DNA of 64,000 bases from an uncultured candidatus Porisulfidus sp. (GTDB lineage: Bacteria > Pseudomonadota > Gammaproteobacteria > Poriferisulfidales > Oxydemutatoraceae). The stretch is taken from positions 1 to 64,000 of the forward strand of contig OZ244052.1 of assembly GCA_965215125.1 (NCBI GenBank), given 5' to 3'. The position numbers were made by a program, and so were the translations under genes. Positions 53,359 through 62,370 of the stretch are shown one piece after another. A model generated the notes under the pieces. That model was not told where the DNA came from. It worked only from the letters and a program-made list of their open reading frames with translations, and made no database searches. How positions within the stretch are numbered: position 1 is the stretch's first letter; each line of letters opens with the position of its first letter.

Positions 53359-54745
53359 CTTCCAGCGTCTCTATATCTATATAGGTATTCAGTTCTCCGC
53401 ATATCAGGTTGATATTATCAATCGCATTATCAAAAACTGACATCTCTTTAATGCCTCTTTCGTCTATATTACATGGACTTAACTTCCCATCTTCACAGAT
53501 ATATGCTTTAACAGAATTAGGGTTCAAGCAATCATTCTCCGTATATTCTTTTTTATGCTTTTCAAGAAATTCTTTCTTCCCTTCAAAATTTCGATGCAAC
53601 ATAATCAAGTTATCAATTTCCTTGATTATATAATCACTGTGGGTTGTTATCAGTACCTTTATCCCATTGTTAACACAAAATGCCAAAAGCCGAGCCATTA
53701 AAACTTGATTGCTCGGGCTCAAATGGCTCTCGGGTTCATCAATAATAAGAATTTGCCCTGATATCGCAAGATGTTTTAAGTAAAAATATAAGCTCAAAAT
53801 CCCGCGAGCAGATGACGAAGCAAGATGTAAAGGTATCTCAAATCTATTTTTTCCTCTTTTATTGGAGATAAATTTAATTACATCTTTTTCTACTTTATAG
53901 TAGCCACCTATCATATTCTTTACTAAACTCACTGCATCCGTTGTCAATCCATTTTTCTGTTTTGCAACATACAATAAATCCCTAATGAAATCTACGTTGT
54001 GCTGTATAGATATCGCATAGCGTGCACTCGCTTTTTCAATAAACTCAATTGGGTCAAAATCTTCGGTATCTGATAATCTTTGTAGCTCCTGAACCAGTCT
54101 ATTTCTAGTAAAATCTAATTCTTTATAAAAAAGCGAGATGCCAAACCTTTCGGCAGGTAGAATAAATGGTTCAACACTATCCTCTCGGACCATTTTTTCA
54201 AAGAAAATATGTGGTTTTTTAAGTTGACTTGGGAATGTAGCATATTCTGGATTATCAATCTTAAATTTTAGATTTTCACTTTGAGAGAAGTATTTTATTA
54301 ATGCTTTTGCACCCTCGGTATTCCGTATTGGAATTTCTCCTTTTATTAGTTCATTTTCTTCTTCAAACCGAAAGCTAGCTTTTTCAAATTCGTTTTTCGG
54401 ACAACTAAAAACCTGATGAATAATTCTTTGTGAAAAAAGTTTGGATGCTGCCTTCATCAACCAATTACTCATATTCCGGTATTCAGCAAGAGTTATTTCT
54501 GCCGACCCTGTCGCTTCTATTTGCTGAGCAGTTTCTTTAATTTTTACAAAATATTCCTCAGGGTATTTTCCGAGCCTATAGAAAAGATTAAATCCACTAT
54601 CTTTCCAAAAATCTAAAAAGCCATAGAGTGTATAAACCAAATAGGTTTTACCGGTGTTATTTTGCCCGGCAATAATGGTTAAATCCCCCAGTTCCAATTC
54701 GGCATCTTTAATCGGACCGATATTTTGAAATCTTGCTTTAATCAT
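53351..54745 (-). CDS. ABC-type (AAA_15/AAA_21-like) ATPase
   Basis: NIGPI, GQNNTGKT, PAERFG, ASSSAR, LIIDEPESHL, TTHSDY. Confidence 0.85.
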   Translation of the reverse strand: MIKARFQNIGPIKDAELELGDLTIIAGQNNTGKTYLVYTLYGFLDFWKDSGFNLFYRLGKYPEEYFVKIKETAQQIEATGSAEITLAEYRNMSNWLMKAASKLFSQRIIHQVFSCPKNEFEKASFRFEEENELIKGEIPIRNTEGAKALIKYFSQSENLKFKIDNPEYATFPSQLKKPHIFFEKMVREDSVEPFILPAERFGISLFYKELDFTRNRLVQELQRLSDTEDFDPIEFIEKASARYAISIQHNVDFIRDLLYVAKQKNGLTTDAVSLVKNMIGGYYKVEKDVIKFISNKRGKNRFEIPLHLASSSARGILSLYFYLKHLAISGQILIIDEPESHLSPSNQVLMARLLAFCVNNGIKVLITTHSDYIIKEIDNLIMLHRNFEGKKEFLEKHKKEYTENDCLNPNSVKAYICEDGKLSPCNIDERGIKEMSVFDNAIDNINLICGELNTYIDIETLEDD

Positions 54746-54792
54746 TTTACTAACACGAAGTTCTATGAAAAATCACTGCTCAACCTCGACAA

Positions 54793-57603
54793 TCAACCGG
54801 TGATTTGCTCTTGGTTCTGTTGATTATTAGCATATTCTGCTAGAACATCTATTATCTCGGCAGGCTCTTTTGCGATCTCAAAAGCCCACACCCCGTATTT
54901 GCCATCTTCGTTGACCGCTTGAACCCACTCCTTCATATATCTATGCTTTTCGTCGTTCCTAGCTATGTCCGGTTGCCATCCCTTTACTTCAAGTACGAGA
55001 TGCTGTCCGGATTTCAACCGAATGATAAAGTCGGGATAATATCTTCTAAGCACACCATTGTGAACATAAAGTACACTGAAACCAATGTGGTCGTTTTTGA
55101 CCCATGCGTCTATCATTGCATCTCTATCTAATTGGAATGTACTAAAGCCTTCCCACCTACTATCAAAAACGCACCGATTGATATGGCTTTTTTTGGTTAT
55201 CTTGGTCGGCTTCCCGGTGCGCCACGGACGCATATCCCCGGTTGAGCAGATAGGATGGTTGCTATCAAGCACCAACGATGTTTTTTCGGTGTTGTCCTGC
55301 TTGATTGCATCCCCAAAATGGCGTATGACCGATGTCATCTTAAGTGCTATCACAAGTTTTCTTCTTAATTCATTGTTATTATAGGATTTAGGCTTCACTT
55401 CGATAAGATCCGAGTTGATAAATTGTTCGGCTAGCCGCACGAGCTCGGCTATCAGTATCGGTTCGGGGATTTTCCAGTCGAGTTTGATTTCTTCGTACAC
55501 CGACTGGGCTGCCTTGAAAATCAATGTCTGCTTTCTATTTGTTCGCATAAACTCTTCAAGATCTATATCTCGTATTCTAGAAATATCGGGTTTACCGCCT
55601 ACAGTCTCAGCCATCTCTACTATTTCTATAATTTCGGTTGCATCGATCGGCAGTGGATCAACTTTTTCCCAATCTACCGAAAGCCTATGCTTATAAGCTC
55701 TATCTATTCTGATAACATTCGGCCATTGAATAGCAAATTTTTGCTTTGAATCTAGCGGTTGAACGGTAATTTTATTACCCTTACCCCCACCTCCGCCATC
55801 ATTTGTTCTTTCGTGTGGTAAAAAAGTAAACGGCACACCGAATACTTCAACATATTCCGGCTCGAACAAACCGGTGTCTTCGTTAACATCGTAACATGAA
55901 CGACGCAACCCTCTGCCTACAACCTGCTCGCATAATAACTGGCTGGTAAATGCCCGCAATCCCATGATATGTGTGACCGTATGCGCATCCCACCCTTCGG
56001 ATAGCATATCTACCGAGATAACATTTTGTATCTTTTCTCCCGGCTTACCCTCTTGTCCGACAGTATTTACTTTTTCTCTGAGCGTTTCCACTTTTGCCTT
56101 TTTCGTAGCCCTCGCTTTTGGTGTTTTGTCTCCTTCGTCGGTTTCCGTAGGACTCGATTCCATCGCTTCCTCTTTTTTCAGCACCTTTGAATCTATATGC
56201 AAAATACCGTCTTGGTTACAAAACAACTCCGAATCCGTTATGTGCTTATGCCTAAACGCATGCGCAATGCGCTCCGCCGTTTCCGTTCTATTGGTAACCG
56301 TAATCATTACCGGAGGGGTTGGCGCATCAGCCCATTCTTTCTTTACTTTATCCCAATCCGCTCCGAGTAAAAAATAGGCATTCTTAATCAGTTGAGGCAA
56401 CGGTTCATGAGATCTAGCTTTACGATTTAAGTCGGCTTTAACATCGGGGTCGCTATATATATGGTAGAGCCGAGATTTGTTAGTTCCTGAATCCGATAAT
56501 GTATCATCGTCAATAGCGATGTGCGGTGTTTTAACCAAACCGGCTTCAATCGCATCGTTCAACCCGAAATCACTGACAATCCATCTAAACAAAGACTCCT
56601 CGGTTGTTCTATTGCTACCGGGTGCAAACGGTGTTGCGGAAAAATCAAAGCAAGTCAAAATACCTTGTGCTTCGTGCAGTCGGTCAAGCCCACCCACCCA
56701 GATAGTTGCCTCCTCTTCTTCATCCTTTTTGATACCTTTCATCGACGAACCTGCAGGAATACGCCATGCGTGGTGTGCTTCGTCGTTGATAACGATAATG
56801 TTTTTGGCTTTTGCCATATCACCGAGCACATCTCGAGCATAGGCATTGTCGCTTTTGACACTGCGTTTATCTACGCTCTTTTTCTTGTTAATTTTCTCTT
56901 CGCTGTCCCACTGGAGTGCGTGCCAGTTGCGTATCAATACCTTTGCCTGTGCAAGTTTCTCTCTTAAAGACACCGGCACAACATCAAATTCCTCATAATA
57001 GTTTTTAGGCTCGGAAGGCATGAGTACCGAAAGACGCTCTCTAACCGTCAAGTTCGGGGCAACAACGAAGATATTCTTAGAGAAGCGACCGTCATTGGGA
57101 TAAGTTGCCTTGTTGATTACTTGCCAAGCAATCAACATTGCCATCACGACCGTCTTGCCGGTGCCGGTAGCGAGTTTGGAACACAAACGGCGAAACGATC
57201 CACCGTCACCCTCAACATCAATACCGGTTTTTTCCGAATCGGGTGTTTCAATCAGCCATATTAAGGTTTCAATCGCCTCAATCTGACAAAAGAAAAACCG
57301 ACGCTCTCGTCGCTCTTCGTCTTGCCAATGCTCAAGTAGTGCTTTGGTGACACCGGTAATGCCCGGGCGACCGGCATCACGCCATTTATCTACACGCTGC
57401 CGAATCTTATTAACTAAAGGCAACTCTATGAATACCCCCATATCTTGATAAGGTTTCGTTGCCCTAGGGTCGGAGACTAAATAGCCCGCCGAGCGACGCT
57501 TGTCTACGAGTTCGGGAGGAGAATCGCTATCGGAAAATTTCCAGTGTTTTGACGGGTATTTATACGGTGAATTGATGATAAGACTAGATTTCATACTTTG
57601 CAT
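54793..57603 (-). CDS. res: Type III restriction endonuclease Res subunit (SF2 helicase + PD-(D/E)xK)
   Basis: FFCQIEA, LATGTGKT, NDEAHH, DFSATP, MLSEGWD, EQVVGRGLRR, YYPDFI..LEVKG. Confidence 0.9.
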   Translation of the reverse strand: MQSMKSSLIINSPYKYPSKHWKFSDSDSPPELVDKRRSAGYLVSDPRATKPYQDMGVFIELPLVNKIRQRVDKWRDAGRPGITGVTKALLEHWQDEERRERRFFFCQIEAIETLIWLIETPDSEKTGIDVEGDGGSFRRLCSKLATGTGKTVVMAMLIAWQVINKATYPNDGRFSKNIFVVAPNLTVRERLSVLMPSEPKNYYEEFDVVPVSLREKLAQAKVLIRNWHALQWDSEEKINKKKSVDKRSVKSDNAYARDVLGDMAKAKNIIVINDEAHHAWRIPAGSSMKGIKKDEEEEATIWVGGLDRLHEAQGILTCFDFSATPFAPGSNRTTEESLFRWIVSDFGLNDAIEAGLVKTPHIAIDDDTLSDSGTNKSRLYHIYSDPDVKADLNRKARSHEPLPQLIKNAYFLLGADWDKVKKEWADAPTPPVMITVTNRTETAERIAHAFRHKHITDSELFCNQDGILHIDSKVLKKEEAMESSPTETDEGDKTPKARATKKAKVETLREKVNTVGQEGKPGEKIQNVISVDMLSEGWDAHTVTHIMGLRAFTSQLLCEQVVGRGLRRSCYDVNEDTGLFEPEYVEVFGVPFTFLPHERTNDGGGGGKGNKITVQPLDSKQKFAIQWPNVIRIDRAYKHRLSVDWEKVDPLPIDATEIIEIVEMAETVGGKPDISRIRDIDLEEFMRTNRKQTLIFKAAQSVYEEIKLDWKIPEPILIAELVRLAEQFINSDLIEVKPKSYNNNELRRKLVIALKMTSVIRHFGDAIKQDNTEKTSLVLDSNHPICSTGDMRPWRTGKPTKITKKSHINRCVFDSRWEGFSTFQLDRDAMIDAWVKNDHIGFSVLYVHNGVLRRYYPDFIIRLKSGQHLVLEVKGWQPDIARNDEKHRYMKEWVQAVNEDGKYGVWAFEIAKEPAEIIDVLAEYANNQQNQEQITG

Positions 57604-57609
57604 TATAGG

Positions 57610-57981
57610 TTAAGGGATTAAATTTTCCTTCGGTACGAAAAAAGGCGGCATCTCACACCATACAACATGTCCCTTTCTAATCCAATAATGACATCTACAC
57701 GAATGTCTGGTAACAAATATGGAAGGATTGAGAGTCAATGTGCCGTTTTTATGTTCCTGAACCTTCCATCTCCTAACAGAGTCCGCAGAGACTTCCAAGT
57801 GAATGATTTTCTTGCATTTTTTCTTAGGACAGGTAATCGCAGCATAAAAAGGATATTTCCGCCCCCCTATGATATAGATTGTATTTTTCTCTATATTGTC
57901 GGGTAGATCCTCAACCCATTTTGTCCTATATCGCTTTTTGAGCCTTTGAGTGTAGTTGAATATCTTAAGTAAGTATCTTAT
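57610..57981 (-). CDS. DUF6527-like protein, 123 aa from a non-canonical ATA start
   Basis: Frame is open from ATA at 57981: VEDLPD..IYIIGG..ITCPKKKCKKIIHL..W..TLNPSI..CRCHYWIRKGHVVWC. SD AAGGAGG lies upstream. The ORF track caught only the last 62 aa. Confidence 0.7.
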   Translation of the reverse strand: MRYLLKIFNYTQRLKKRYRTKWVEDLPDNIEKNTIYIIGGRKYPFYAAITCPKKKCKKIIHLEVSADSVRRWKVQEHKNGTLTLNPSIFVTRHSCRCHYWIRKGHVVWCEMPPFFVPKENLIP

Positions 57982-59378
57982 GATTTTTTCCTCCTTTTTA
58001 AGTTTTGAATTAGCATACTCCCTTCTCCCGTACCTAGATATTTCTTAAAGACAGAACCGTCGTCGCTTTCATTCTCTTGATTCAAATAACACCCTTGAAC
58101 CAACTGGAATGTTTGAGTGCCAAATTTTGAATTATCGTCTAATCTAAAATTATGGAGCCGCGCCAAAAAATCGTTAAATGCCAAACAAGCCGCCTGCATA
58201 TTAACGGACATTACGGCAGGTTGATCTTCCACAACACCTTTCAAGTACCCTTCTTGTATCCGTTTTTTGTAATGTTTCACATCATCACGCTTTAACCTCT
58301 CTGCCGTAACCTGCTCGCTCGTATAAACCCCTCTATCTAATAAGCTACAACTATCGGGATGTATATATCGGGAAACGGCATTCGCCTGAGAAATACCACC
58401 TTTGCCATCGGACTCTAAATAAACACCGACATCAAAATAAGGAATCAAATATGCCTTAGAGATACACTCCAGATGATAGCGCCCTGCTGCAGAATCCACA
58501 CAACCAAAAACAATATCGCAATCAACCAAAGACTCTATGGAGCCTTTATCGTAAGTATCCAATTTATGTATTTCCACATTTACATTCATATCCATTTTTT
58601 CAATCGCTCGCCGCAAAACTTCAACTTTGAATACACCTTTTTTTGCATCGCTTTTTTGGGAGTTCATAATGCGGTTAAGGTTTTTTTCTTCTACGACATC
58701 CGGGTCTATCAATACTAAACTGCCTATACAGTTACGCGCTAAAAGTTCAACTATGATGCTGCCGGTTCCCGAACACCCCACCACACCGACTTTCAATAAG
58801 CGAAGTAAATCAAAAGTTCCTTTACCGAAAGTCTGCGATATTCTGGTTGCATAACCGGGAATTTTACTTTTTGATTTGGTCTGCTTCCATATCTTAATAT
58901 TTTCACCGACAACCGATACACTTTCTACAAGAGTAAACTCTCCGTGCTCATTGTATGTTCTAGCTTTGATGCTACCGTCCGGAAGCATAATCGCCGAACC
59001 GTTGAGTCGATTATCGTCAAACCACGCGGATATTGAATGAAACAAAGCTCTATCATTTTCATCGTCGGTTATCGAGAAATCATTGCAACCCTTCGGATGA
59101 CTATGGATAGTAAATACCGAGAGTTTCTTTTTATCTATTTGATCTATCTTTTGAGGTGGCATATATTGGGAAAACGGCCAAGATACATAAATCGGAGTTT
59201 GTTTCTCGTATTCGGACGGTGGAATTAGTATCGCCTCTCCGACTATCAGTCTAGTGCTTTGCAATCCTATCCCCGATGCGCAAAGCATAACTGCAGCGGC
59301 TTCCAACTTATCCCCCGAATGTAGATGATCTTTTAAGGTTTTATGGGTAGCTTCGCCGAGTACTAGAGATGTATACAT
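57978..59378 (-). CDS. JAB/MPN peptidase-ThiF/E1 fusion (BubCD-like)
   Basis: JAB E..HSHP..FSITDD; E1 VVGCSGTGS, DPDVVEEKNLNR, GCVDS..R, FDVGV, EGYL..PAV. Confidence 0.88.
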   Translation of the reverse strand: MYTSLVLGEATHKTLKDHLHSGDKLEAAAVMLCASGIGLQSTRLIVGEAILIPPSEYEKQTPIYVSWPFSQYMPPQKIDQIDKKKLSVFTIHSHPKGCNDFSITDDENDRALFHSISAWFDDNRLNGSAIMLPDGSIKARTYNEHGEFTLVESVSVVGENIKIWKQTKSKSKIPGYATRISQTFGKGTFDLLRLLKVGVVGCSGTGSIIVELLARNCIGSLVLIDPDVVEEKNLNRIMNSQKSDAKKGVFKVEVLRRAIEKMDMNVNVEIHKLDTYDKGSIESLVDCDIVFGCVDSAAGRYHLECISKAYLIPYFDVGVYLESDGKGGISQANAVSRYIHPDSCSLLDRGVYTSEQVTAERLKRDDVKHYKKRIQEGYLKGVVEDQPAVMSVNMQAACLAFNDFLARLHNFRLDDNSKFGTQTFQLVQGCYLNQENESDDGSVFKKYLGTGEGSMLIQNLKRRKKS

Positions 59379-59390
59379 TTATAAACCCTA

Positions 59391-59783
59391 TTAAGCCTCA
59401 TTTTTTAATGTGTCCTCTACCCAAGACAAATGATATACAACATTATGGTGGTTAGGATTCCATTCATAGTGCCTAGACCATCTCTGCCAATTTTTATTAA
59501 AATGATTTTCATCGGCAAGACAAGCGATTGCTTCCCCGTCCGTGCGAACTATAGCGGGAGAAAAATAAAACATATCTATTTCAACGACCGGGTAGTCAGT
59601 TGGAATGATTATCATCAGGTCGGATTTTTCAGGCGTGTATTTTGAAGAGGGTAATGGATAATCGCAAATAATTATGCCATACTCGCCGCCTTCGGAGACC
59701 GGTTTCCAACAACTAAAATTTGCATTTAGATATTCTATGTCTTCTTCAGACAACCTCTCTTTAAGTAAATCATGTTCTGCCAC
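59391..59783 (-). CDS. Prokaryotic E2-like (E2/UBC fold) protein, BubB-like
   Basis: DYPLP..Y, IPTDYP..IDMFYFSP, WQRWSRH..W; lies between the Ubl and E1 genes. Confidence 0.82.
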   Translation of the reverse strand: MAEHDLLKERLSEEDIEYLNANFSCWKPVSEGGEYGIIICDYPLPSSKYTPEKSDLMIIIPTDYPVVEIDMFYFSPAIVRTDGEAIACLADENHFNKNWQRWSRHYEWNPNHHNVVYHLSWVEDTLKNEA

Positions 59784-59785
59784 CT

Positions 59786-60523
59786 CTAACCTTGTTGTGC
59801 TTGTTTCATAACCGTCTCAAAACGTTCAACTCCTTCCTCAGCAAAATCCACAATCTCTTCCGGTTCTATAGATTTTCTAAGTCCGCCACTAAATTTTCGA
59901 TTAAGCGACCATTCGCTATAATTTTTTCCTGCTAGGCTTAAAATTTCACGACCTTCCCTCTCTCGCTTATCCACTATGTACTTTTTTTTATCAATCTTGA
60001 TTTCATATTTGTCAAATTTCGGAGGTATGCGTCCCTTTTTTGCACACTCTTCCAAATCAACTGAATCATCGTCGCCGGAAGGCACCGTAAAATACACATC
60101 GGTCTCTTGAACAACGAGAGTCATATCATCTTGTATCAAATCGTCGGTTTTGCCTGCTACATCTGCAAACAGTTTAGGTGATTCCAATTCCTCGTCTCTG
60201 CACGAAATATCATTGCCGATTAACTTTACTTTCTCTAATCCTTGTTCAATCTTCTTGCCGTTGAACTCAAAACGTACAGGGTTTCGGACCGAAGGGTTAT
60301 CTCCTATATCCTCGTTAATGTTATCAACAAATATATCCTCGCCACCGTGAATAATGATGTAGTCATCGGGTAATAACGGAATATCTATATCTCCGGATTT
60401 ATTGAGATAAAGACATTTCTCATCGGACTTGATGCCCGAATTTTCGTATAATTTACCTACTTGTGTAAGCCCTTTTTCTCTTTCTGTTTGCTCACCGGCT
60501 AACATTATTGTAACTTTGCTCAT
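59786..60523 (-). CDS. Multi-ubiquitin-domain protein (about three Ubl domains, C-terminal Gly)
   Basis: Three beta-grasp-like repeats; last unit YEIKIDKKKY..GREILSLAGK..GVERFET ends QAQQG. Confidence 0.82.
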   Translation of the reverse strand: MSKVTIMLAGEQTEREKGLTQVGKLYENSGIKSDEKCLYLNKSGDIDIPLLPDDYIIIHGGEDIFVDNINEDIGDNPSVRNPVRFEFNGKKIEQGLEKVKLIGNDISCRDEELESPKLFADVAGKTDDLIQDDMTLVVQETDVYFTVPSGDDDSVDLEECAKKGRIPPKFDKYEIKIDKKKYIVDKREREGREILSLAGKNYSEWSLNRKFSGGLRKSIEPEEIVDFAEEGVERFETVMKQAQQG

Positions 60524-60524
60524 C

Positions 60525-61100
60525 TTAATTTCTCCGACTATGATTAGCTTGTGATTTTATCATATCCCCTCGGAGCCTGTTATATGCTTGTTGAGAAGTT
60601 AGAATATCCGCACCTTTCCTGCGTCCACTGCTCGTAGGAATTCTCAGCAGCTTTTGGCGACGCACTCCTATTTGGGTTCCTTCGTCAATCATGTCCCTTC
60701 GGTCATTCGTAATCAAAATACGACCTTGCTTGAACGCTACATAAACAAAAAATTTATCGGTTCCCGGTTTGCCTTGAGGTTCGGAAATGATTCCTTTAAT
60801 ACCCACCATCAATTTATCATTAAGATAAACTGTTATACATTTATGGTTTTCAGGTTTCACCCAATAACGGAGCAAGCGTCTCTTTTTAGAGTCATCATTA
60901 ATCTGCTGAATCCTTTTGGTTAAGCGCTTATGATATTCATCGGTGATTCTTCTTTTATCATCTACCAACAGCTTTATTTTGTCATTACATAGCTGCTTTA
61001 ATAATTGGTCAATATGCCTGTTTGTATTTTCCCGAGGGTTTAATAAATGCTCAAAAATATTGGTATCTATTGCAATAGAATCCTTTGTTAGGTTATCCAT
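60525..61100 (-). CDS. PIN-like domain protein
   Basis: IAIDTNIF, EY, DKFFVYVA, ILITNDRRD acidic PIN pattern. Confidence 0.65.
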   Translation of the reverse strand: MDNLTKDSIAIDTNIFEHLLNPRENTNRHIDQLLKQLCNDKIKLLVDDKRRITDEYHKRLTKRIQQINDDSKKRRLLRYWVKPENHKCITVYLNDKLMVGIKGIISEPQGKPGTDKFFVYVAFKQGRILITNDRRDMIDEGTQIGVRRQKLLRIPTSSGRRKGADILTSQQAYNRLRGDMIKSQANHSRRN

Positions 61101-62370
61101 CTCGATCGTCGGACGCCCCCATATTTAGCTCCTCTATCAAATCGGCACCGAAAAACTCCATAGGTAATCCCTTTTGCATAGTTCCATCATCTTTGATAGT
61201 AAGATTGGTGACCGTAGGTATTTTTTCGTCATAATTAAAATAAGCGATTGAAACATCCTTGGGCGATATATGTCCTTTGACAACATGGTTACGAATTCTC
61301 AACAGAATATTCTCGCTATGGGTCTCAATAATTGACCCGACCTTGCGTTCTTTCCATAAATCAACAAAGAAACTTCCCATTTCAATTTGGGCGGTCGGAT
61401 GAATTTGTGCTTCGGGTTGTTCAACGATCAACTGCGAATAAGAGTTCATCAAAAGCCCTTGAACAAATACCGGCATACATTGGCTAACACCGAAACCAAA
61501 ACAAGATAGATTAACTTTGGCTTTGCCCATTTCGTGTATTGCTGAACATGCGGCGAATTGATTTTCCAGCTCCTTTATAGTGATGTAATCTATGTTTAAT
61601 ACCTTTTTAGCATGCTTAATTAAAAGCTCTCTCTTCTTTTTATTCTCGAGAATTTTCTCTCTCCATAATTGAAAAACCGTATCCTCTCCCATTTTTCCTA
61701 CATATCTATTAGGATGTGGATGGTATATCGGAGCAAATCCTTCCAGCTCTTCTCTAGCAGCTGCTAAATGTTCTAAAGATTGAATATCTCCTGTAAGTTT
61801 TTCTACACATCTTCTCATAACAGAGTCTAATACCAATTCATCTATCGGTTCATTTTTAGAAATTGACTCATTTATTTCTATTGGTTCGTCTGTGGAATAA
61901 AGAAATGTAGAATTTGATGAAATATCCGATGACCCTTCTAAAAAGCGTTTACCTTTCCCTAATAAATTTATTTTTTGCTTACCCGAAAATATACCATTTT
62001 TGTTATATGGGGTTATTACCTTAACCTCGTATTCTCTTATTATGTCGCTTATCTTATGTTCTTTGAGAAAGTTAAAAAAATAGCCGCTAGGGCTATCATA
62101 TTCATCATCAACCTTCAAAGAAAAAGTAAGATTAGGTAATCTTCTATTTTTGTTTTTTAGTTCATAAAATACGCCGAGATCAGTTTCTTCACCACTGGTA
62201 GTCAAGAAACTTCTAGTGTTTGTGGTTGATTGCTTAAGCATCATCAAAAACTTAATAATAGAGGATTTTCCCGAATTGTTTTTCCCTATCAGAATAGTAA
62301 TAGGACGAAATCTCACGGTGACTTTATCTCCGAATAAACGAAAATTAGACAATTTAAGCTCTTTGATCAT
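61093..62370 (-). CDS. ABC-type ATPase with DUF3696-like C-terminus
   Basis: LSNFRLF, GKNNSGKSS, GFGVSQ, VEQPEAQIHP, ETHSE, IKDDG..PMEFF. Confidence 0.85.
   Translation of the reverse strand: MIKELKLSNFRLFGDKVTVRFRPITILIGKNNSGKSSIIKFLMMLKQSTTNTRSFLTTSGEETDLGVFYELKNKNRRLPNLTFSLKVDDEYDSPSGYFFNFLKEHKISDIIREYEVKVITPYNKNGIFSGKQKINLLGKGKRFLEGSSDISSNSTFLYSTDEPIEINESISKNEPIDELVLDSVMRRCVEKLTGDIQSLEHLAAAREELEGFAPIYHPHPNRYVGKMGEDTVFQLWREKILENKKKRELLIKHAKKVLNIDYITIKELENQFAACSAIHEMGKAKVNLSCFGFGVSQCMPVFVQGLLMNSYSQLIVEQPEAQIHPTAQIEMGSFFVDLWKERKVGSIIETHSENILLRIRNHVVKGHISPKDVSIAYFNYDEKIPTVTNLTIKDDGTMQKGLPMEFFGADLIEELNMGASDDRDG

Noticed and set aside
57841-57870. Frameshift at the G-run of the DUF6527-like gene
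   Set aside because: The run is six G on the coding strand and keeps the frame (IIGGRKYP). It is too short to argue for phase variation.
57978-60523. CBASS Cap2/Cap3 or ThiF/MoeB sulfur-transfer operon
   Set aside because: There is no CD-NTase and no thi/moa genes. The multi-Ubl, separate E2 and JAB-E1 fusion fit a Bub-type layout better.
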